Below, one piece after another: positions 1 through 14,950 of a stretch of 64,000 nt of DNA (the stretch's first letter is position 1; each line of letters starts with the position of its first letter). The notes beneath the pieces were generated by a model. That model made no database searches. It was not told where the DNA came from and saw only the letters and a list, made by a program, of their open reading frames with translations. A program made the translations under genes and the position numbers. The DNA is from Octopus vulgaris (lineage: Eukaryota), in contig OX597832.1 of assembly GCA_951406725.2 (NCBI GenBank), positions 46,562,001 through 46,626,000 on the forward strand, read 5' to 3'.

Positions 1-25
1 TAACGATTCTGCCAGCTCGTCGCCT
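1..25 (-). mobile_element. SINE family A, 5' head cut by the window edge
   Basis: Reverse complement of AGGCGACGAGCTGGCAGAATCGTTA, matching the family A head seen at 8792. Confidence 0.7.
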
Positions 26-44
26 TTATGGATCTAATATATCG

Positions 45-400
45 TCGTGGCACTCCGTCAGTAGCGACGACGATGGTTTCAGTTGATCTGATCAATGGAA
101 CAGCCTGCTTGTGAAGGTAACGATCTAGTGGCTGAGGACTCCACAGACACATGTACCTTTAACGTAGCTCTTGGGGAGATTCAGCGTGACATAGAGTGTG
201 ACAAGTCCGGGTGATTTGAAATACAAGTACAACTGAAACAGGAAGAAAGAGTGAGAGAAAGTTGTGGTGAAAGACTACAGCAGGTTTCGGCACCACTCTC
301 TACGGAGCCACGTGAAGTTTTAGCTGTTTTCGTTAAATAAACACTCACAACGCCCGGTCTGGGAATCAAAACCGCGAGCCTACGACCGCAGTCCTAACCG
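45..400 (-). mobile_element. tRNA-derived SINE family B (tail Y), diverged
   Basis: Aligns over about 350 bp to the reverse complement of 9038-9418 and 19211-19592. Confidence 0.8.
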
Positions 401-403
401 ATC

Positions 404-421
404 TAATATATATAAATATAA

Positions 422-503
<82 letters not shown>

Positions 504-569
504 ACATACATACATATATATGTACATACATACATATACATACATACATATATTCATACAAACATACAT

Positions 570-628
<59 letters not shown>

Positions 629-660
629 GAGTGAGAGAGAGAAAGAAAGAGAGAAGACAA
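404..660. repeat. (TA)n/(TACA)n/(GA)n compound microsatellite
   Basis: Read directly. Confidence 0.95.
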
Positions 661-1290
661 GAGAGAACACCTGCGTTACAGTTCTTTTCAAATTCTTGCT
701 TAAGCCATTCTGCCACTTTACCTCGAATTCCAACATTCAAGTTCTCTATGGGTAATTACGAAACCAACGTAAGAGACTATTAATACACATGTTCGGTTCT
801 CATTCTGCCAACCAGAAAAAAAAAATCCCGTTAGAACGAATATATTAATATTCTTAACTAGTATATTGATAAAATGAATTGCTTGCTTACTTGAATTATG
901 GAGTTAATTCTTCGTAATAATACATTTCTAATATATTTGCGTTAGAGTAGAAATGTATTCTTAAAAAGAATTACATAAAAAATAGTGTATTTTGTAACTT
1001 CCTTTTTTTCTTATACGTGTATTAGCATAACTATACAGTGGGTGGTCTGTTCAGAAAATTGGCTTCTTTGTATTTTTTTCCTCGTCATAATACCACAGTC
1101 ATCGACCTCGTTGGTATTTCGATCACGCATTTTAAAAATTTCATATGCTATAGTTGCAGCTAAGAATTATAATGATCATTATTATTGATTCAAATTTATA
1201 TGAGCAGTGTAATAGAAAGTTTCTGCGCAATTCTAACTAGGATTTATGCATCTCACTTACATCGGAGTCGTATTATATTAGATATTCCAA

Positions 1291-1703
1291 GGCGGCGAGC
1301 TGGCAGAAACGTTAGCACGCCGGGCGAAATGCTTAGTGGTATTTCGTCTGCTGCTACGTTGTGAGCTCCAATTCCGCCGAGGTCGACTTTACCTTTCATC
1401 CTTTCGGGGCCGATAAATTAAGTACCAGTTACGCACAGGTGTAGATATAATCGACTTAATCCGTCTGTCTGTCCTTGTTTGTCTTCTCTGTGTTTATCCC
1501 CTTGTGAGTAGTAAAGAAATAGGTATTTCGTCTGCCGCTACGTTCTGAGTTGAAATTCCGCCGAGGTCGACTTTGCCTTTCATCCTTTCGGGGTCGATTC
1601 AATATGTACCAGTTACACACTGGGGTCGATGCAATCGACTTAATCCCTTTGTCTGTCCTTGATTATCCCCTCTATGTTCATCCCCTTGTGGGCATACAGA
1701 AAT
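1291..1703 (+). mobile_element. SINE family A dimer (full unit plus headless unit)
   Basis: Head GGCGGCGAGCTGGCAGAAACGTTAG (A-box-like), B-box-like GAGTTCAAATTC in the consensus, body GCCTTTCATCCTTTCGGGGTCGAT; second unit starts at 1523 via GAAATAG|GTATTTCGTCTG. Confidence 0.9.
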
Positions 1704-1704
1704 T

Positions 1705-2048
1705 TTTACTTGTTTCAGTCATTAGACTGTGGCCATGCTGGAGTACCGCTACGAAGCGTTTTATTCGAACTTACCGATCCCTGTACTTAATATTTTTTGT
1801 AAAGGCAGGTATTTATCCTCTGGGTTAACCGATAAGTTAAGGCGGACGTAAATATACCACCACTGATTGTCAAGCTGTGGTCGCATACACAAAGATACGC
1901 AAACACACATACCAAATTCACACACAAGTGTTTGGAGAGCATGAGGCTATAGTAGAAGACGCTTGTCCAAGGTTCCACGCAGTAGGACTGAAACCAGAAC
2001 TATGAAGTTAGGAAGCAAATCTCTTACCACACTACCACTCCTGCTCCT
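1705..2048 (-). mobile_element. SINE family C, diverged and internally deleted
   Basis: TTTACTTGTTTCAGTCA...GGCCATGCTGGAG tail and GGCTATAGTAGAAGAC...CCACTCCTGC head match the copy at 44937. Confidence 0.75.
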
Positions 2049-2098
2049 GGGATTTTTTTCTTAAAACCAAGGAACTTATTCGATGAAATTTACTTATT

Positions 2099-2428
2099 GA
2101 GACCCCCTTCGGTCATGACTGACCGTGGGATTGCACCTAGAAAGTTACTCTCCCAGGCACAAGTCCGGGCAAGGTTGTTTATGGAAGACCAGCAGTCGCC
2201 CATGCATACCGGTCTCCACGCTACCAGTATTATCCAAGGGAAAGGCAAAAGCAGATACAGCTTGGCACCTGTGACGTCGCAACTCATTTCTACAGCTGAG
2301 TGAAGTGGAGCAACGTGAAATAAAGTGTCTTGCTCAAGAACACAACACGCAGCCCGGTCCGGGATTCGAACTCACAGCCTCACGATCGTAAGCTCGACGC
2401 TCTAACCGCTGAGCCTTGCACCTTCACA
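2099..2428 (-). mobile_element. tRNA-derived SINE family D with CORE-like domain
   Basis: Minus strand: A box GGCTCAGCGGTTAG, B box GAGTTCGAATCC, then GTGTTCTTGAGCAAGACACTTTATTTCACGTTGCTCCACTTCACTCAGCTGTAGAAATGAG, which resembles the CORE-SINE domain (from recall). Confidence 0.75.
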
Positions 2429-3400
2429 ACCAAATTTACTAACTGAAGCATTAATTATGTACTAATATGAAAAGTGTTAAATTGCACATCTGAAGATTAT
2501 GTGCTACAGTCGTATCATAGCCTGTCATTGGCAGTAGTGGTCATATGACTTAACTTCAGCCGATAGATGAAACTAGACCACGGAAATTTTGTGCGAAGAT
2601 ATTTACCTCTTTCTCTTCTGTTCCCTGGCGCAGTAAATAACGTAATATACGAACAGCGTGCTTTTCTTTCTTCAGCTTTTTTTAAAACAAAAAACAAAAT
2701 AAGAATCTTTTGAATTCGAGCAATATTAAAACACTGCTACAAAACCTAGGAAGTATTATATCTGTAAAACTGATTTCTAAAATGCAATAACATCAATGCC
2801 TAACGTGATTGATTTCGTTTTTTTTTTTTATATATATGTATCTTTATATTCTCATTTCGCCGGAGAGCAAAAACAAAAGAGAAACGATTTCATATATTAC
2901 GGGTCGCGGAGCTTATTTTATATAGTATTGTTTAGTGAACAAATGACGCAAAGTCAAAGGTGAACTTGTGATGGATATCATCTAAAACCATAGCCGCTGT
3001 GAAGTGGTGACTAACCCGAAGCTTTAATATCCGCCGTAAACAGCTCGCTAGGTGTGTCAATAATATTTTAGATTCTAGACTTACAGCTTACTTTAAAACT
3101 ACAGACAATCTGTAACAAATATTTACTTCAATTATTGATATGAAAGATTTTCCAATGTCTCGCACTTTCGTTAGTGAGTTAATAAATTTATATTCGAATC
3201 GTGTTTTTCCGTTATATGAAACTTTTCTGTAATAAACGTGATTAAATGCACGTTTTTTTTTTCTCTTTTTCCATGTTTTCGAACTTTATCTCAATTGAAT
3301 TTATTAGAGACTCACTACAAATGGAAAAGACGCTAATTCGTAAACAGCGACTGCATTCTCTTTATGTAAAAATACACTTAATAATTGCTAAAGTGTATGT

Positions 3401-3600
3401 GTGGCGGCGAGCTAAAGGAACCGTTAGCGTGTCGGACAGAAATTTTTGGCGAATTTATTGCTCTTGTTTATGTTCTGAGTTCGAACAGTATCGAGTTTAA
3501 ATTTGCATATAATAAAGTGCCAGACAAATATAGAGGTCGATGTAATCGACTAAACACCATCCTCATAATAAATTACTGACTATGTACCAAAATTTGAAGT
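3401..3600 (+). mobile_element. Old SINE A-related copy
   Basis: GGCGGCGAGCT...GTTAGC...GTTCTGAGTTCGAA...GGTCGATGTAATCGACT, degenerate. Confidence 0.55.
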
Positions 3601-3738
3601 AACATAGTGGCACCGCTTTTTTTCATTTTTTTTTTATTTCCTCGTCGACCCTATCAGAGAAGATCAATCGTCAAATTGCATTCTAATCATGACAAGCCCA
3701 ATTTTCAAATACAAACAAAAATACATTATACAATGCCC

Positions 3739-3967
3739 GGATATTTTCAGTTTGAACAGCAGTTTTTTTACATAATTTCTAGGTAACTAAAAAAATTTTA
3801 AACTTCGTATACTGGTAGAATGTGTTTTTAAAAAATCTTTTTTCTCTTGGCTTTATTGAGAAAATTCTATAGTTTGTAAGATATTTGTTTTTTTTTCTTC
3901 AATTTCTGCAATTTCATCCAATCACTGACGTCCATTGAGGTAAAAAGCATTCTGTGCCCTATGAATA
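3739..3967 (+). mobile_element. Truncated copy of the GG-ended TIR MITE
   Basis: GGATATTTTCAGTTTGAACAGC start plus about 230 bp matching 37035-37262. Confidence 0.8.
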
Positions 3968-3974
3968 GGGGTAG

Positions 3975-4335
3975 TGGAGGTTGTCTATTTCGTTCAGGTC
4001 ATGTGCAATCTATGCACCAAGATTTTGGGCTTTACCTATCGAATGAAGGTCATGCCCGATGATATCATGAAGTCATCTTAGTTTCTGGGATAATTCCCTG
4101 CTAGATTGGCGCGGATCCTCCTGGTTGATCTTGTTCGATCGATTCTTATTCAACTGGACACCTCGCATTAAACGTGATGAGTCTCTGAGGTTGAATTTCC
4201 TCACTTTGAAGCGTGAGCTCTTTCAGGAATAACGCTTTCTCAGTAGACTGCAGAATTGCCAGGAAATGCTTTGGCATCTTTGAAACCATAATTTAAGAAG
4301 AAAAGAAGCAGGTGTCGAAAATGCACATTTTCTTT
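3975..4335 (-). pseudogene. Mariner transposase N-terminal (HTH) relic
   Basis: Manual minus-strand translation: HFRHLLLFFLNYGFKDAKA...AVY*ESVIPER and KFNLRDSSR...QEDPRQSSRELSQKL...HDLHSIGKAQNLGA*IAHDL (degenerate WVPHEL motif); stops and frameshifts present. Confidence 0.75.
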
Positions 4336-6462
4336 TTTTTTTCAGTTTGGCACTCCATCATCGTATGCGTGAAATGAAGAAAAAAATTATTTGAATTTCA
4401 AAACCAATAATCAAAAGTCCGTTGAAGAAGATTATAGCTACTAAAAACAAAAAACAAAAAATAAAGATAAAGATAAAACCCTACGCTAAAAATATGTTTC
4501 GTGTTACTTCAAATAGCTTTGGGAAAAACGAACGAATTTATCTGACATAATAAGTCGTACCTTCGAGGAGAGATTCTCTGGGCTATTGAACAGCATCGGA
4601 ATAAACTCTCTTTATACGAATATTGATTTTGCATTTCATGTCTCACAAGAACGATGAAAAAGTACCACATATTATTACATTCAATATAATTGACTAAAAC
4701 CTATTTAAATTGATGCCAAACCATGGCCTCCGTTCAATAAATGAAACCAGTTTAAGATTTGTTTGAAAATAACAAAAATAATACGTTTCTCGTCACATAG
4801 CTAAATTACAGAGGTTACAGTTACAAGGTGATAATATGGTATTAGTTGTTATAAAGTCGGTTTGACGGTCAGGCTTCAATAGAGACCTAATTTATATGAA
4901 ATCATTTCATCTGCAAATTTTATACCCATAAAATTGACAGTTAAGTAGCATTAGCGAATAGAAGCGGAGAAGGCCGAGCTATAAATTTCGTAGCGTGTTC
5001 GAACTATTTCATTACAAGTACGCTTTTAAAATCATTTGAAGAAGCATAAATGACACCTCAGAAATTAAGTTATAATTTTTGGTTTTTTAAGAGTAGTAAA
5101 ACGAATAATTTGCAATTTTAGGCTCACTGATTTAAAAGAAAGACAACCTGAGGTAATGCAGTAATTGGGGTTGGTAAGTCATTCGATAAAACACTGATAT
5201 TACTTTGGTCGAAAAATAGAGATCGTATGTCAATACTAGTCGTTGATTTTCAGATATAAATGCTTGTAAATATCACATCAGACATGAAAGAGGATATATA
5301 TTAGTCTTCATGGCATGAAGCTATCTAGATATAAGCATTTCCTTCTTGGATACAATACTGTATCAGCAATAAATAAGTTGCTAGCTATTACAAACGAAGT
5401 AAAGTAACTATATTATTCTAAAATACCTGCAACAAGTAATCATAAGTTGAAGCTCTACATGTTCATTTAATCTACGAAAGGTAACCATGAAGCCATAAAA
5501 TCCTCCGAATATCATATTTTACTAGCTTAGTTGAGAAGGACAGGTTGAATAATTTGTGCCTATGTGAACTGTAGCGCACGAAAACACAGGATGATGAAAG
5601 CTGGATGGTGTTTGATGTCAGGTCTCGATCAGAACAAACTTGGGGTTAGACAAAAACAACCACAAATACAAAAAAAAAAAAAAGAATTACTTCTCTTCGG
5701 TTAAGCAGAATATAGATCAAATATTACAAATATGATTTTATCCTATGTCCAAACATGATCAAAATTAGGTTTTAAAATCCCCTAAAGATCACATACCATA
5801 TGAGCGCTTTGTGTGTGAACGGAACCGTTAGACACAGTTTTTGTATTTATGTAAGAAATAATTGTTTAATATTTCCTGATATTACAAATAGTCAAATGTT
5901 AGAAATAATGAAGTATTTTGCATGCTTACAGAACACAACATTTGTGCATATTGCCGGATTTCATATAAATATTGTCTTTCAAAAAGTTCTATGAATCCCT
6001 CATTATAAACAGGAGCCTCGAATATCAGTGAATGATTTGTGAATAAAGATTGCCATTTTGGTATATAGATGGTTTGGGGTGAAACATTTTGACTTGTTCG
6101 GCATTCATGATCTGTTTACGATGGATATATTAATTTTCCTTAGAGGACGGCGTGGGTACATAATCCTTTTTACTGGAAGCACAAGTTCTCAAATTTTGGG
6201 GGAAGGGATTAAGTCGATTACATCGACTCCAGTGCATAACTGGTACTAATTTTATCGACCCCGAAAAGATGAAAGGCAGAGAATACTGAAGTGTCTTACA
6301 CAGGATCATGTTTTTAGGAATTTCCAGTGAGTTATGAATACCCAAATATTGAAGTCAGTTACGTAATAACATGGAATTAGCTACCCGATAGTAAGAATTC
6401 AAATAAAGTATCCCCGAAAAGGGCTTTAATGCGTTCCCAGAGTGTATAGGAGAGGAGGAAAT

Positions 6463-7047
6463 ACTAGTAAAGCATGTTGCATAATAACCGGCTAATCATA
6501 TATGAGATAATAACAATTCAAAATAAATAATTCGGAAAAGGACTTTTGTGCGTTCGCAAAGAATATTAACCTCAGGGGCGCTAGTAATGGTATATTCGTG
6601 AATAATGAACTAACTGAAATAAGTGGATCTATTATTTAGGAAAATACTATTTACTTGTTAAAGGGTTGTACTGGATAAATTGTGAAAATCACTCTAACAG
6701 TTGAAATACTAATAAATAAACATACTCAAATTGATTTATACCAAATAGTTTAGGAAAATGAAGGGGTTATTTCCCTTGACTATATATATATAAGGATTCG
6801 TTTCAAGAGCGAATGGATTATTTCCCTTGGCTCTTAAAATAGAATATATTAGATATATATATAAGGATCCCTTTCAGGGCCCTATTATCGATGTTTTTCA
6901 AGAATATGAGTATGCCATGAGGTGTGCAGACATGAGTTCTATCCACGAGTCCAGTTTCATCAAAATCGATAAAACGATGTAGGAGGTGTTAGCTAACAAC
7001 TCCACAAACACACCCACAGACAGAATTTCCCATATATGCAGTGGATT
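6463..7047 (-). mobile_element. Possible old non-autonomous Helitron-like element
   Basis: ACTAG at 6463; AGTTTCATCAAAATCG...ACAGACAG segment near 6950-7030 resembles 59890-59970; heavily decayed. Confidence 0.3.
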
Positions 7048-7594
7048 AACAAAAGCATTACCACTTCATCGGTGAAAACCAAGTTACAAATAATAAGAGC
7101 ATAGAGCGGTAGTTCTAAATATTCCGAGTTGCATACAATAAATTTATCGAAAGCATTTCGTATCTCCGGACTAAATGAGTTATCGTACATCACTATATAA
7201 AAACAAAGTATAAAAGCATACACTAAAACTTTGCTGAAAGGTATTTTTCATACGGTTTCATATTGTCTATCAGCATCTTCTCTGAAAGGATTTTCTTAAT
7301 TTCTCTCTCCACAATCTATCATCAATTCAATACAGAAAATTGTAAGATTGTTAATTGCTTTTTTTTTTTTCTATTGAAACTCACTATTATGATGGAATTA
7401 CTTTCTCGATACACGGCGTTCCACACTAAAATTAATTATAACATTTTTAATAAATGTCTCAACTATATTGGTTTTAAATGTTGGCACAAGGTCAGCAACT
7501 TAGAGGTAGGAAGCTTGTTGATTTCATTGTCCCTGATGCTGAACTTGTTCCTATTTTATAGAACGCGGAGGGATGAAAGGTAAATTGGACATAA

Positions 7595-7826
7595 GGCAGC
7601 GAGCTGGTAGAAACGTTAGCACGCCGGGCGAAATGCGTAGCTGTATTTCGTCTGCCGTTACGTTCTGAGTTCAAATTCCGCCGAGGTCGACTTTGCCTTT
7701 CATCCTTTCGGGGTCGATAAATTAAGTACCAGTTACGCACTGGGGTCGATGTAATCGACTTAATCCGTTTGTCTGTCCTTGTTTGTCCCCTCTGTGTTTA
7801 GCCCCTTGTGGGCAGTAAAGAAATAG
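7595..7826 (+). mobile_element. SINE family A monomer, young, inserted into an older antisense A-like copy
   Basis: Full consensus; 15-bp TSD AGGTAAATTGGACAT at 7578-7592 and 7825-7839. Confidence 0.93.
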
Positions 7827-8081
7827 GTAAATTGGACATGGGCAGAATTTGAACTCAGAACTTAAAGATGGACGAAATGCCGCTATGAGTTTTATCTGGT
7901 GTGCTAATGATTTTCCCTGCACGTTCCCTTTTAAACTTTCCCTGCCATATTTATAGACTAGTACGTTCGTTCAGAATGATTCGTTGCAATGAGTGCAGGA
8001 CCTTCGGCTTTGAGCTCCCATAATAAGCTTAAAATATCTTCTCAAATATTTATCAAATATTCTGTGAGTTTATATTTAATT

Positions 8082-8610
8082 TACAATTCTTTCCTTTCGT
8101 TCCCACTGAATAAATAAGAGAGTGAATGGATGTATCAACGAATGTAATGCGTCTTTATTATTGAATCGAGCGAAGTCGGCGAACTGACTGTTTCCACAGA
8201 TGATGGCGAGAGAAGCTTATTTTTATGTTCGAGAAAGAAGGGCTTATATCGATTTTATGCAATTGATGTGTTGTTAGTGAATATATTTAAGGTTTAATGT
8301 GTTACATTTGCATATGAAGTATTTATTATTTAGTGCAAGACCATAATTTTGTTGTTTTTGTATAGCATCAAAATTTTAACTATATCATATTTAGAAGAGA
8401 GGTTCTTAGTTTAATACTCTGTAAAACCATTATTTCCTTTCCGAGTAGATCCAGTGCGCCAGGTATGGCCAGATTAAGATAAGGTTAAGACCGGGTTAAG
8501 ACAAATTCCAGATTCTCCGAATACGACTTGGGAAGCAATGAGTGGAAGCTGATAAGTTATGCAATGTTATGTTGTTTATTACACTCGGCTATCAGTAACC
8601 TGCCATAATT
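8082..8610 (+). repeat. About 530-bp direct repeat, copy 1
   Basis: Near-identical to 9963-10525. Confidence 0.92.
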
Positions 8611-8791
8611 TGAATGAACATTCTAACGGCGATGATTCCGTTCCAGCGACAAACGTTGCATCATGCTTCCTCGTTCGATGATCTAAACTGTATCTGACTT
8701 GATAAATGCACTTCATTGCCTCGTACGTCAGGTAATACATATTCTCTGCTAAGGCAACTGTAAACCAATGTATTTGATATGACGATATAAA

Positions 8792-9023
8792 GGCGGCGAG
8801 CTGGCAGAATCGTTAGCACGCCGGGCGAAATGCGTAGCCGTATTTCGTCTGCCGTTACGTTCTGAGTTCAAATTCCGCCGAGGTCCACTTTGCCTTTCAT
8901 CCTTTCGGGGTCGATAAATTAAGTACCAGTTACGCACTGGGGTCGATGTAATCGACTTAATACCTATGTCTGTCCTTGTTTGTCCCCTCTATGTTTAGCC
9001 CCTTGTGGGTAGTAAAGAAATAG
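8792..9023 (+). mobile_element. SINE family A monomer
   Basis: Full-length consensus. Confidence 0.93.
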
Positions 9024-9037
9024 ATATATTAAAAACA

Positions 9038-9418
9038 GGAGGCGCAATGGCCCAGTGGTTAGGGCGGCGGACTCGCGGTCGTAGGATCGCGGTTTCGATT
9101 CCCAGACCGGGCGTTGTGAGTGTTTATTGAGCGAAAACACCTAAAGCTCCACGAGGCTCCGGCAGGGGACGGTGGTGATCCCTGCTGTACTCTTTCACCA
9201 CAACTTTCTCTCACTCTTACTTCCTGTTTCTGTTGTACCTGTATTTCAAAGGGCCGGCCTTGTCACTCTCTGTGTCACGCTGAATATACCCGAGAACTAC
9301 GTTAAGGGTACACGTGTCTGGGGGAGTGCTCAGCCACTTACACGTTAACTTCACGAGCAGGCTGTTCCGTTGATTCGGATCAACCGGAACCCTCGTCGTC
9401 GTAACCGACGATGTGCTT
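9038..9418 (+). mobile_element. tRNA-derived SINE family B (tail Y)
   Basis: A box TGGCCCAGTGG, B box GGTTTCGATTCC; high identity to 19211-19592. Confidence 0.9.
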
Positions 9419-9729
9419 CCATTTTCATTATTCCCTTCCGAAGAATTAAGAAAATGCTGTTCCATACGTGTGATTCGCTTTTCTTCCTTTCGGGGGTGAT
9501 GACATAAATTGTTCGTCGGGTACATGATCCATCTCATCGACATAACCAGTTCCGCTAAAACCCTTGACCTCCTTCCAATATTTGAAGCCATTTGTATTCA
9601 ACGTGTCGTCACTGCTGTACGGTTTTGGTTTCAGACAGAGGCGGCTTTACTAGCAATAATTTCCATAAAATTCGTATGAATTTCATGCATTGTAACTTAG
9701 CTCTTACGTTACTAATTTTTTACCATTTA

Positions 9730-9928
9730 TCTTTTACTTATTTCAGTCAATAGAAAACGGCCATGCTGGGGCAGCGCCTTTCATGTGCTCTTAGTCTAAT
9801 GGTCAACCTTAGTCGTTTTATTAAGCCTGGTACTTATTCTGTTTATCTCCCTTTACTGAACGGAGGCGTAAACACACCAACACCGGTTGTCAAGCAGTGG
9901 TGGGTTAGAACACACACACACACACACA

Positions 9929-9962
<34 letters not shown>

Positions 9963-10682
9963 TACAATTCTTTCCTTTCGTTCCCACTAAATAAATCAGA
10001 GAGTGAATGGATGTATCAACGAATGTAATGCGTCTTTATTATTGAATCGAGCAGAGTCGGCGAACTGACTGTTTCCACGGATGATGGCGAGAGAAGCTTG
10101 TTTTTATGTTCGAGAAAGAAGGGCTTATATCGATTTTATGCAATTGATGTGTTGTTAGTGAATATATTTAAGGTTTAATGTGTTACATTTGCATATGAAG
10201 TATTTATTATTTAGTGCAAGACCATAATTTTGTTGTTTTTGTATAGCATCAAAATTTTAACTATATTATATTTAGAAGAGAGGTTCTTAGTTTAATACTC
10301 TGTAAACCATTATTTCCTTTCCGAGTAGATCCAGTGCGCCAGGAAAGGCCAGATTAAGATAAGGTTAAGACCGGGTTAAGACAAATTCCAGATTCTCTGA
10401 ATACGAGTTGTATTCTTGTCAGAGCCGTAGAAATCAGTAACGATGGGAAGCAATGAGTGGAAACCGATAGGTTGTGCAATACTATGTTATTTATTACACT
10501 CGGCTATCAGTAACCTGCCATAATTCTTTCAGTTTCCGTCCGCCAAATCCATTCACAAGGTTTTGGTCTGCTCAAGACTATAATAGAAGACACCTACCCA
10601 AGGTGCCACGCAGTGAGACGGAACCTAAAACCATGTGGTTGGAATGCAAGACTCTTCTTACCACCCTGTCACGCCTGCTCCC
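9730..10682 (-). mobile_element. SINE family C split by a roughly 560-bp insertion
   Basis: Tail half at 9730-9960 and head half at 10524-10682 flank the repeat copy 9963-10525. Confidence 0.75.
9963..10525 (+). repeat. About 560-bp direct repeat, copy 2
   Basis: Matches 8082-8610, with about 35 extra bp near 10410-10445. Confidence 0.92.
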
Positions 10683-10692
10683 AATATGCAAT

Positions 10693-10750
<58 letters not shown>

Positions 10751-12189
10751 CAACACATTCCAAGCAAAATGGATGATTTTGTCCAAACCTGTAACTAAAA
10801 TAAATGAACCTAAAATATAATAAACTTTGTATTCAATGTGACTTTGTTGCCTAAGAACATCATATTTCATTCTCCTAATAAATTTGAAATCCCCCTTTCA
10901 CAAACACACACAAAAAAACTATATTGAATTACTATTTAATCGGAAATTTAGAGAGCACCATCACAGTACACATATGTTTATATTATGCTAAATCTGTTGC
11001 ATGGCCATTGTTACCTTGCTACAGCCATTTGTTTCTACCGCGTTGCTTCATTTTTTTTTTAAGCATACATGAGAGTTTCCACCGACTTCCATCCTTTCAA
11101 TTCAGAAGATTAACATACTACATACAGGAAACCCTTGGAGTGTCAAAAGTACATTTTTTTTGTATCTCCTTTTATTTATTAATACTATTTTCTTGCTGAC
11201 GAATTCCATTAAAATATGTAGAAGCCTTATACGAAAGAAAAAATATAAAATATAAAAATTCTCTTTACAAAATATTTCCATTATGTTTCTGCAAGTCGTA
11301 TTGATGTAGGTAGAACATGATAATTACAGCTGAAGGCTTTGTGTACTACAAAGTAAACTGTATGATTTACTGATGTTAATGCTTTTCACAGTGAACGAAT
11401 TCAGCCGAAACAATTCCACCACATCAATAGTACAGCTTTATTTATTATATAAAAGAATTTTCTCAACTGCAACAATTCTCGGATTTGAAGGAGAAGACGG
11501 TAAGAAAAAAAAAAAGAAAACGATGAGCCAAGCTATGGAAATAAGGTATTTTCCATTTATAACTAATGAGATAACCAGGAGAATGGTTCTTCTGTGAATC
11601 ACAAACATATTGCAGTTTTCCTTTCTAACTGGAAGTTAACTCCACAACGTGAGGTTGTAATCAAATATATAATGAAATAAGGGATCAAATGAAGCCACAA
11701 ATATTATGGCAACCCTGTCGGCTCTCTAGAAAAGAGCCACGAAGTCAGAATACTATCTATAAAGCTAAGTCTGGGTCACGATGCATTAATTCTTGCATGG
11801 CTAAACAGCGAGGCTAGAAGTCTAATAAATCAAAGTGATGCTAGTGTTTCCTAAAAATAACATCCGTTTATAAAGACAAATCTATTTTAAAGTGAGCATA
11901 ATACTATATATAGTATTTAGAATAAGTTGGAGCCTACTATATTCTGAAGGAATTGATCAAATATTACATACCACATTACGTGTGAAAGTATTCACGGTTT
12001 GTGATTATAGACGTATATGTCTGTAGATATGTAAACAGTATATACAGAGGTATACGTGTATAGCTGTTTAAATATTTATTTCATGTCTACACACGCAAAA
12101 GCAACACACACAGACACAAACACACATGGACGTAAATGATTTAGCCAAACCACAAGCATGCATACAAAGATACGCATGCACACACGTAC

Positions 12190-13880
<1,691 letters not shown>

Positions 13881-13882
13881 TA

Positions 13883-14247
13883 TACTCTTTTACTCTTTTT
13901 CTTGTTTCAGTCATTTGACTGCGGCAATGCTGGAGCACCGCCTTTAATCGAGCAACTCGATCCCGGGACTTATTCTTTTGTAAGCCCAGTACTTATTCTA
14001 TCGGTCTTTTTTGCCGAACCGCTAGGTAACGGGCACATAAACACACCAGCATCGGTTGTCAAGCAATGCTAGGGGGATAAACACAGACACACAAGCACAT
14101 ATATATATATATATATACGGCGGGCTTCTTTCAGTTTCCGTCTACCAAATCGACTCACAGGGCTTTGGTCGGCCCGAGGCTATAGTAGAAGACACTTGCC
14201 CAAGGTGCCACGCAGTGGGACTGAACCCGGAACCATGTGGTTGGTAT

Positions 14248-14307
<60 letters not shown>

Positions 14308-14464
14308 GGCGGGCTTCTTTCAGTTTCCGTCTACCAAATCGACTCAGGGCTTTGGTCGGCCCGAGGCTATAGTAGAAGACACTTCCCCAAGGTGCCACGC
14401 AGTGGGCTGAACCCGGAACCATGTGGTTGGTAAACAAGCTACTTACCACACATCCACTCCTGCG

Positions 14465-14467
<3 letters not shown>
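13883..14467 (-). mobile_element. SINE family C with internally duplicated head half
   Basis: TACGGCGGGCTTCTTTCAG...ACCATGTGGTTGGTA occurs twice (about 14117-14245 and 14305-14432), separated by (TA)n. Confidence 0.9.
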
Positions 14468-14545
<78 letters not shown>

Positions 14546-14950
14546 GCATAAAATTAGGTAGTGTGTGTGTATGTGTATGTCTGCGCTTGTTTGTATCGCT
14601 GCATTTAAATATTGTTTGAGCTGAAAACTGGCATTTTGTCTGGTGCTTGTGATTTATGACTATTTGAAAAATTTCACTTCTGGTTAACGAAAGACTCTTT
14701 TAAACATTAGTTTCTACCCAACTATTTATTACTCAGTCTATATTCATAGAAATATGTGTGATTGTGTGAAATATGCCTTTATGCGTTTACGATCTGTATG
14801 TAATGCCATGAAATGTATATAAATAAATGTTCGCTCGTTCGTTTGCTGGTTTCAGTGACTGGGAAACAGCAACGTCTGGATGATCTTCAAAACTTATGGC
14901 ACGTATGAATGACGAAGCCACCTTGACTATGATTCTATGAACCGTAAAAA

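Noticed and set aside
8628-8698. C/D box snoRNA candidate (CGATGA...CTGA)
   Set aside because: Imperfect box C, no terminal stem and no recognisable rRNA guide
9038-9115. SINE B, C and D heads as functional tRNAs
   Set aside because: They have A and B boxes but no complete cloverleaf and continue into repeat bodies
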